A program made the translations under genes and the position numbers. The notes below the pieces were generated by a model. The model did no database searches, was not told the DNA's origin, and saw only the letters and a list, made by a program, of their open reading frames with translations. 64,000 nucleotides of DNA, taken from the NCBI GenBank assembly GCA_050011875.1, contig JBEKIG010000011.1, positions 92,019 to 156,018 of the forward strand. Reading direction: 5' to 3'. The stretch is from Nitrososphaeria archaeon. GTDB lineage: Archaea > Thermoproteota > Nitrososphaeria > JACIWG01. Below, in pieces: positions 57,331 to 64,000 of this stretch (position 1 is the first letter of the stretch; each line of letters opens with the position of its first letter).

Positions 57331-58470
57331 ATGAATAGCCTACCATCTCTTGAAATTGTAGAAAATTCTGAAGACCTTTCTATTCCATCAGGGCGCCTAG
57401 AAAAGGCCTATGAAATTCTATTAGATGCAGTCAAAAAGGGGGCTGTTATGGGAGCCGCAGTACAGGTGGGAAGAGAAGCCCGCTTCCTCAATCCAAGAGT
57501 TTTTGGGAAACGAGGTCTTGATCCTGACAGCCCAGCGGTAGAGCAGGACACTATCTTTCTTGTAGCATCTGTTACCAAACCTGTAGTCGCCACAGCTGTT
57601 ATGATGCTAATTGAGCGCGGTGAATTGAGCCTTGATGACCTTGTATCGAAAATAGTGCCAGAATTCTCGGGAAGATGGAAGGAAAAGGTTTTAGTGCGGG
57701 ATCTTCTAACACACACCAGCGGCCTGCCTGACATGCTGCCTGAGAACAGGGAGCTCAGGATAAGACACGCGAGCCTCAACGAATTCCTGGAAAAGATCTA
57801 CACCACACCGCTGCTCTTCGAGCCGGAGACAAACCTCAGCTACTCGAGCACCGGCATAGCGGTGTTGGGTGAAATAGTTAAGCGTCTAAGCGGGAAATCT
57901 CTTCCCGAATTCTTGGACAAAGAGCTGTTCAAACCTTTGGGGATGAGCGATACGTCCCTAGGTATAGACTGGTACAAAGTTGACCGAGTCAGTCAGGTAT
58001 ACATCAAACCCGATAACCCCAATGGAGGCCCAAACGACGATTACAACTGGAACAGCGCCTATTGGCGGAGTTTGAGTACTCCATGGGGAGGAATGTTCTC
58101 AACGGTCTCAGATCTGTCGAAGTTGTTACTGATGTTCCTTAATGAAGGCAAAATTGGCGGTCAGATGATCATCAGTCCAAGAACGGTTAAGCTGATGACA
58201 AGTAACCAAACTAATTCGATGCCTCACATTCCAGATGATGTGAAGGTATCCTATTCATGGGGGCTAGGATGGACGCTGAAAAGCCCTCATAACTCATGGT
58301 TTGGAGATCTCGTTTCCCCAGCTACCTTTGGACACTTGGGGGCGACCGGCTGCTTGGCCTGGGCTGATCCTGAGGAACGTCTTACATGCGCTTTATTGAC
58401 TAACGGAAGCACCGAAGTTTACAGACTCCTGAGTATGTTCTCTAACTCTCTGGTCGCTTCCGTATTCTAG
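57331..58470 (+). CDS. serine hydrolase, beta-lactamase (class C-like) family
   Basis: ASVTK (SxxK), LLTHTSGL, YSS, FGHLG. Confidence 0.92.
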   Translation: MNSLPSLEIVENSEDLSIPSGRLEKAYEILLDAVKKGAVMGAAVQVGREARFLNPRVFGKRGLDPDSPAVEQDTIFLVASVTKPVVATAVMMLIERGELSLDDLVSKIVPEFSGRWKEKVLVRDLLTHTSGLPDMLPENRELRIRHASLNEFLEKIYTTPLLFEPETNLSYSSTGIAVLGEIVKRLSGKSLPEFLDKELFKPLGMSDTSLGIDWYKVDRVSQVYIKPDNPNGGPNDDYNWNSAYWRSLSTPWGGMFSTVSDLSKLLLMFLNEGKIGGQMIISPRTVKLMTSNQTNSMPHIPDDVKVSYSWGLGWTLKSPHNSWFGDLVSPATFGHLGATGCLAWADPEERLTCALLTNGSTEVYRLLSMFSNSLVASVF

Positions 58471-58624
58471 AGGAAATCTAAACCGTTTCCAACACTTTCT
58501 AACAATTTATTACTTTTATACCTAGAAAGGTCTGAAGGTAATCGCTTCTTCTCTCCGATAAACTCTTCTTTATAATGCGTATGCCTTTACTACATGGTTC
58601 TACGAACGGATTGAGTCCACAGCT

Positions 58625-58900
58625 CTATTTGTTTTCCTTTTTAGTCCTTAACTTATGATCTCTGTACTTAACGAATCCATCTGCTGCAGTCTTATTAATT
58701 TTTTTGAGCGATCCAACCACCATGTTTGATAGCTCCTCTGCTGTGATTTCAGTTTCATACCCTAAATCCCAGGAAACCGCCTTAGCTACTCGCTCAGCTT
58801 CTTCAGCGGTTGCACCAGCCCTTTTAACACCAGTAGCGATCTTAGATTCTACGAACTCTTCGACTTTTCCGTCCCCCTTCTTTACCTTAACCAAACACAT
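58625..58900 (-). CDS. stand-alone ATP-cone domain protein
   Basis: VKKGDGKVEEF..SKI, ITAEEL...V...L. Confidence 0.8.
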   Translation of the reverse strand: MCLVKVKKGDGKVEEFVESKIATGVKRAGATAEEAERVAKAVSWDLGYETEITAEELSNMVVGSLKKINKTAADGFVKYRDHKLRTKKENK

Positions 58901-59073
58901 CAGATTATTTAATATGGTAAAGGTTATCACATATAAGTTTATAGTATAATTGTGCATTGAATTCTTTTACATGAAGTTATGATCTTTTTTAAATGATAAC
59001 TGTATGTCCAGGAAATAGGGGCGAACAAATTTGACTAACTTTAAATACCTCAGGCACACTCTTTTTTAATAAG

Positions 59074-59289
59074 GTGGGAACAATGTTGGAAATACCACAT
59101 CCTTGCTTTAGCGAGTTCCCCAATCAATGTGCAGAATGCCCGAATTACAGCGAAACACGTCACGATTTAACTCTGCAACTCTTTTTGCAGGCGATTAGCG
59201 CTGGCATGCCGTATCCGCGGCAATACACGAGATTAGTCACCAAAGAATGCAAACTATATCACAAGCGCAAGGTCGAATATTTAGAATAA
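59074..59289 (+). CDS. small Cys-containing hypothetical protein
   Basis: 71 aa, C..CAEC...C; TTTAAATA upstream. Confidence 0.5.
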   Translation: MGTMLEIPHPCFSEFPNQCAECPNYSETRHDLTLQLFLQAISAGMPYPRQYTRLVTKECKLYHKRKVEYLE

Positions 59290-59450
59290 TTGGAGGGAAC
59301 GCGCTGTTGGATTAAGATTCCTAACCAGTAGTTTATTGACTTTCTTGGAAGGCCCATCTTATATGCCCTTCTTATTATCCCTTTTTAACTTCTTGGCAAC
59401 TTCTGCACCGGTTGCAAACCTTAAGTAGCTGAACTGATAAAAAATAGACG

Positions 59451-60329
59451 ATGTCAGATTCTCTTGAGCTATTGACAGAATCTAAGGCGGAACTTGGGGA
59501 AGGGCCAAGCTGGGATAGCAGGAATAATATGCTTTACTGGGTTGATATTCAGGGGGGAAACGTCCATATGTACAAACCCAATATTAGCGAGGATACCATC
59601 ATCCATACAGGTAGCTATGTGAGCTCGGTAGTTCCAAGGATGTCCGGCGGCGTATTGATTACACTTCAACATGGGTTTTATTCGTTAGACCTAAAGACCC
59701 ATAGTGTTACACTCATAAGGGAAGTTGAAGGAGATTTGGTTGATAACAGGTTTAATGACGGCAAATGTGATGCCTATGGGAGGTTTTGGGCAGGGACGAT
59801 GAGCATCGGTGGGTTGAGTTCGAAGGGAGCCCTCTACTATCTCTCAAGCGATCATTCGGTGACGAAGGCCCTGTCGGGCGTAAGCATTTCTAATGGACTC
59901 GGCTGGAGCCCTGATAACGGCACCATGTACTATATTGATACACCAACGCGCCGAGTTGCGGCTTTTGACTTCAACCTTAAAACTGGTGAAATTAACAATA
60001 AGCGAACTGCAGTTGATTTTTCAGATCAAGAAGGTAATCCGGACGGAATGGCAGTCGATAGGGAAGGCATGATATGGGTGGCGCACTGGGGAGGCTCAAA
60101 GGTTTCAAGATGGAATCCTCTAACAGGCAAGACCTTGGACCAAATAATTGTTCCTACGATGTATGTAACTTCCTGTTGCTTCGGAGGTAAAAATCTCGAT
60201 GAGTTATATATAACTACTGCAAGAACTGGGCCGGACCCACTAGCCCTCTCAAAATACCCACATTCGGGTCATTTATTCAGGGCAAAAGTCGAAATAGAAG
60301 GACTACCCACATATTCTTTTAACGGATAA
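59451..60329 (+). CDS. SMP-30/gluconolactonase (regucalcin) family protein
   Basis: LGEGPSW, RFNDGKCD..GRFW.GTM, SNGLGWSPD, PDGM.VD. Confidence 0.94.
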   Translation: MSDSLELLTESKAELGEGPSWDSRNNMLYWVDIQGGNVHMYKPNISEDTIIHTGSYVSSVVPRMSGGVLITLQHGFYSLDLKTHSVTLIREVEGDLVDNRFNDGKCDAYGRFWAGTMSIGGLSSKGALYYLSSDHSVTKALSGVSISNGLGWSPDNGTMYYIDTPTRRVAAFDFNLKTGEINNKRTAVDFSDQEGNPDGMAVDREGMIWVAHWGGSKVSRWNPLTGKTLDQIIVPTMYVTSCCFGGKNLDELYITTARTGPDPLALSKYPHSGHLFRAKVEIEGLPTYSFNG

Positions 60330-60511
60330 CGTTCACATTACTGACATGGATTGAACATATGATAAAGCGAGTGTAATCGTGCACATGATTTAATGTGGCT
60401 AATTTTTTATTTCATCAATAGCGTAGAATTAAATTTTAAACTTGAACAAACCTACACTACCCTCGATATCATATTATCCACTTTCAATCTATCTGGTTAA
60501 CGACTATGTCA

Positions 60512-61222
60512 TCATCGAGCTCTCTGATTACCTATTGGACAAACCTTCAAACATACACCACAGGTTGGTTTAGTATTCAAGTACTGGGAGCACGCAAACT
60601 TATTTATTTTATAAGGTGAGTTTTGATCCTTTTCTTCCAAGGCTTTAGATGGGCAGGAAAGGATGCACAAATTATTGCATGAGGAGCAGAAGTCCTCTGA
60701 GAGCAGGCTGTCAGGCTCTATTTCAGCGTTTGTAACAACGGCTGTCAACCTAACTCTTGGGCCGAACTCCGGTGTAATGAGCAGACCATTCCTCCCAAAC
60801 TCGCCTAAACCTGCCTGCACGGCCATATGCTTAAGCGACAGTAGGCCTATAAGGTATCTCTGGTCGACTCCGCCAGTAGACGCCATCTGGTGATATGCCT
60901 TGAAGCCCTTTCTTTCGAGAAATCTGGCCATTGAATACCCTATCCTATCCAGCTCCTGTGAAATGAAGTTGCTGTGTCCCCTAAACATGTCCTGTCTAGG
61001 TGAGACGCCAACTGAGTCATCTCCGACTGGTAGGATATCCGTCTGCGCGTCGAGCATCTTGATCGCGAGGACGATGACCGATTTAGCATCGGGGAGGACA
61101 TCACGCGGACGATGACCCTTGGGGGCATCTTCAAGCCTGTCTACAGATGTAACTGCAAAGAGGTCAGCGCCAAGCCTTGTTGAAAGATTTCGTAGATCAT
61201 TTTTCAAACTCAATTCTTCCAC
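60512..61222 (-). CDS. QueG/reductive-dehalogenase-like Fe-S (cobalamin-fold) protein
   Basis: KHMAVQAGLGEFGRN, PEFGPRVRL, CSSCNNLC..SCP, CGVCLKVCP. Confidence 0.85.
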   Translation of the reverse strand: MEELSLKNDLRNLSTRLGADLFAVTSVDRLEDAPKGHRPRDVLPDAKSVIVLAIKMLDAQTDILPVGDDSVGVSPRQDMFRGHSNFISQELDRIGYSMARFLERKGFKAYHQMASTGGVDQRYLIGLLSLKHMAVQAGLGEFGRNGLLITPEFGPRVRLTAVVTNAEIEPDSLLSEDFCSSCNNLCILSCPSKALEEKDQNSPYKINKFACSQYLNTKPTCGVCLKVCPIGNQRAR

Positions 61223-61454
61223 ACCTGACTGCGTTTTGGTTCAAACGCACAAGATAAAGCTTTTGAAAAAACATTAATTTTATGCCCCTATCGTAAAAAT
61301 TATAGATTCTAACATCTGCTATTTATACAACATCTTAATGTCTTCTACCAGGAAACGATGCATTAAACATGTTATTGATTTGATTTAATCTTCCCACATA
61401 GGAGATAAAGATGGTTAGCTCAGGCCTTCTTTAGAATTTGTTTCAATTCGGCAC

Positions 61455-61799
61455 TTACTTTCGTCGTGATATTTTACGAGGTGGCTTATGGATCTTTAAG
61501 GACCGCTTCTCCTGTAGGTCCCTTTCTCTGACATAATTCCAGTATTCAGCCGGTGTTTTCACTTTTTCTGTTGCATTAAGTTCGAATATCTGGACAATTT
61601 CCTTTACCCTATCGTTGAAAACAGCTTGCAGGCAGTTTGGAATATGCTCCTTGTAGTATCTGTGCACTGCGACACATTTATTACAGTCACCGTGCCATTC
61701 GCATTCTATTTTTTGGCAGCTGCACTTCAAGTTATCCGGATCGTCTACGACAGAACGTATTTCTTTGACTAACTCGTAGAACTGCTCTTTTGTCATCAT
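61455..61799 (-). CDS. small Cys/His-rich metal-binding hypothetical protein
   Basis: CSC...CEWHGDC..CV..H......PNC; start at ATG 61799. Confidence 0.75.
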   Translation of the reverse strand: MMTKEQFYELVKEIRSVVDDPDNLKCSCQKIECEWHGDCNKCVAVHRYYKEHIPNCLQAVFNDRVKEIVQIFELNATEKVKTPAEYWNYVRERDLQEKRSLKIHKPPRKISRRK

Positions 61800-62115
61800 T
61801 ATAGTTCCTTTCCATTCTTTTTTAGTCCCATATAACGAAATCAAGGGTTTCAATATAAAAACATATGATCCCACCTTATTTGAATACGTTTTAAAAAATG
61901 GGATCTTTTACAACCCTGTCTATTTACAATGATATGTAGCTGAACCTTAAATTTACACGAACACAACTAACAGCCCTCATGAGACCACAGGCTAGGGATA
62001 TCGACTTACCGCGTGCATATGCAAGGGATTATTCAAAGCCTCAGCCGTAGCATGTCCCATTTAACGGACGTGCACTAAAAATACTTAATAGAAAGTATCA
62101 GCATATTTATTTAAA

Positions 62116-62481
62116 GTGAATAGATTGATAGTAATAGAAGGTAAGAAAGCTAAAACCGAAAAAGTTTCTACAGCCATCTTTACAGGCACTGTGGAAAGGA
62201 CCGACCTTATTGACTCCGCCACGGGCTCAAATGAATATCAGGCGGCGATAGTGACTTTTCCACCTGGAACAAGAACCAAGCTCCACATCCACGACCACGA
62301 GCAGATACTGTACATCTTACGAGGCAAAGGTATAGTGGCTGATAAAAAGGGAGAGAGGGTGGTGACGGAAGGCGATACTATATTCATACCAGCCGGAGAG
62401 AACCACTGGCACGGCGCAGCCAAGGATTCTTGGTTTTCACACCTCTTTGTTTACTCAGCTAAAACAAAAACAACTTTTTAG
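62116..62481 (+). CDS. cupin domain protein
   Basis: HIHDHEQ..Y...GKG, GD..FIPAGE.HWHGA. Confidence 0.92.
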   Translation: MNRLIVIEGKKAKTEKVSTAIFTGTVERTDLIDSATGSNEYQAAIVTFPPGTRTKLHIHDHEQILYILRGKGIVADKKGERVVTEGDTIFIPAGENHWHGAAKDSWFSHLFVYSAKTKTTF

Positions 62482-62591
62482 CGCTTATGAGCAGCTTTAG
62501 TAAAATTGTCTAGTAAGTGGCTATTGGTAGTATATTTCCAGCGGCAGCCTTCAATAGCATAATCTATGCTTACTTTTTTTAACCCTTCTGG

Positions 62592-63079
62592 TTAAAGAAG
62601 CTTTTCCATAATTAATTCATCATAGAATCTACCGTCAATAAGTAATTCCTTTTCCAGTCGACCTATAATTTTAAACCCACTTTTCTGATACAACTTTACA
62701 GCGGCCTTTTGTTCAGGGTTTACGGTCAATTTGATTTTCACGACATCCTTGCTCTTTTGAATCTCTTCCAATGCGCTATCAATCAGTTTACTACCACTCC
62801 TTGACCTCTATATCCTTCGGTTACGTATACACCGTATATGTTATAGATGTGTTTTGCCTTGATTTTATCACCTTGGACAAATACGATTATTCCGACCAGT
62901 TTATCTTTCGACAGGGCGAACAAAACGTTGCCTATCCTTTCCCTCCATTCCTCTTCGGAGATATTCTTTTCTTCATCGTAGGAGCTCCCGAAAGCGATCG
63001 GTTCCTTTTTAAGGGCTTCTAATCGCAGGTCTCGATACACCATCCATCTATCTTCTTCAAGTTTCTTGACAGCAATCAC
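62592..63079 (-). pseudogene. GNAT N-acetyltransferase with 1-nt frameshift
   Basis: YRGQGV then a shifted frame continues SKLIDSALEE..LTVNPEQKAAVKLYQKSGF..ELIMEKLL* ending at 62592. Confidence 0.85.
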
Positions 63080-63181
63080 TAAGTGACACCTAACACTGTC
63101 AAATGAAGTAGGTTAAGATGATTCCTTCTGAGTCTGAGTTTCAGTCAAAGTTTGACCTTATGTCTCAATCGTGGTTACAGG

Positions 63182-64000
63182 TTAAGCAACAGTAGAAGTA
63201 ACCGTAACAGTCGTAGTTGAAGTCGCAGTTGAAGTTGGTTGCGTAGTAGTTGGAGTCACAGTAGAACCACTAGAAGTTGAAGTAACTGTTGAAGTCATAT
63301 TAGTTGGCTGCGTAAAAGTTAGGATGATTTCTCCGCTAACCGTTTTGCCAGATATGGAGGAAAAGCTGTTGTCCAAGATTAGGTAGTAGCTTTGGCCCGC
63401 TGGAAGCGGAAGGCTGATGTTTGCTGAAGAAACCTGGCCACTATCATAGTAAACACTTGTAGTGTTACCGTTATACCAGTTATCGTATTGGGTGGTGTTC
63501 ATGATATAAACCTCGACGTCGTTTCCTAATCCACCTGAAGCATTGAAATTACCGGTCACGGTCACATTCATTGCACCGGCTGTAACGTTAAACGGAGCAT
63601 AATCAAAATAGCCCGCATCCACGGATGTTGAACCATTAAAAAGGTAAACCGTAAAAGCAGTTACGATATTATTCCCATACGTGGTAGTGGTTGAATAGGT
63701 AATCAAGGAGGTTGTATTCTCAGGTGAAGTTACACTACTTGTACCACTAGGGATTAGGGGGACCAAGAATAAAATCGCAAAAACTGCGACCAACACGACC
63801 ACAATCAGTATGTTCCTCAAGCGATGCGACTTGCGCGGACTTTGGGGATTGTTTGAGCCGTAGGACCATCCTGACCCTGGCTGAGTTGCAGGCTGCTGTA
63901 TTGCAGGTGTGACCTTTAGGTCTTGGCCGCAGTAGGGACATATCGTCATGTAAGGCTGTAATTCTTTACCACAATGTGGGCATGTGGTTGTTGTATTAGA
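63182..64000 (-). CDS. double zinc-ribbon + TM + extracellular beta-sandwich (GOLD/PPC-like) + Thr/Ser tail; 5'-truncated by window edge
   Basis: Frame open to the edge: TCPHCGKE..ICPYCG, TM ILIVVVLVAVFAILF, YYLILDNSFS, T/S-rich C-terminus. Confidence 0.8.
   Translation of the reverse strand, partial: SNTTTTCPHCGKELQPYMTICPYCGQDLKVTPAIQQPATQPGSGWSYGSNNPQSPRKSHRLRNILIVVVLVAVFAILFLVPLIPSGTSSVTSPENTTSLITYSTTTTYGNNIVTAFTVYLFNGSTSVDAGYFDYAPFNVTAGAMNVTVTGNFNASGGLGNDVEVYIMNTTQYDNWYNGNTTSVYYDSGQVSSANISLPLPAGQSYYLILDNSFSSISGKTVSGEIILTFTQPTNMTSTVTSTSSGSTVTPTTTQPTSTATSTTTVTVTSTVA

Noticed and set aside
215-63941. Numerous short antisense or nested ORFs in the six-frame track
   Set aside because: Shadows of well-supported genes with no independent motifs

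Overview
Archaeal chromosomal window, most likely TACK/Bathyarchaeia. This is inferred from RadA and Cdc6/Orc1, stand-alone Lrp/AsnC domains, an HdrABC-MvhADG cluster and TATA-type promoters. No rRNA, intact tRNA, CRISPR array, integrase or transposase was seen. Blocks: (1) 1-5.0 kb, a co-directional DNA-repair cluster: divergent cdc6/orc1, two wHTH genes, radA, a Walker-A-dead RadA paralog fused to an 'MGRxxPS' helical domain, and a stand-alone copy of that domain. radA and one HTH gene share a paralogous promoter, which suggests an SOS/mutasome-like regulon. (2) 5.3-16 kb, kdpABC without kdpDE, three HTH-less Lrp/AsnC domains, an APC permease and several short duplications. (3) 16-25 kb, accessory genes: a papain-like protease with its chagasin inhibitor, and a decaying arsenic-resistance locus. 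(4) 25.3-31.3 kb, a probable mobile-element relic with a single-chain type IIB topoisomerase (Topo VIII-like), TGAGCCA inverted repeats and an RM fragment. (5) 31.4-44.8 kb, gcvH-nox-hdrA(x3)-mvhD(x2)-hdrCB-mvhGA. (6) 45-64 kb, two HtrA proteases, two ABC-2 exporters, msrB and assorted redox/detox genes. All family calls come from motif recognition by eye; no database search was run.
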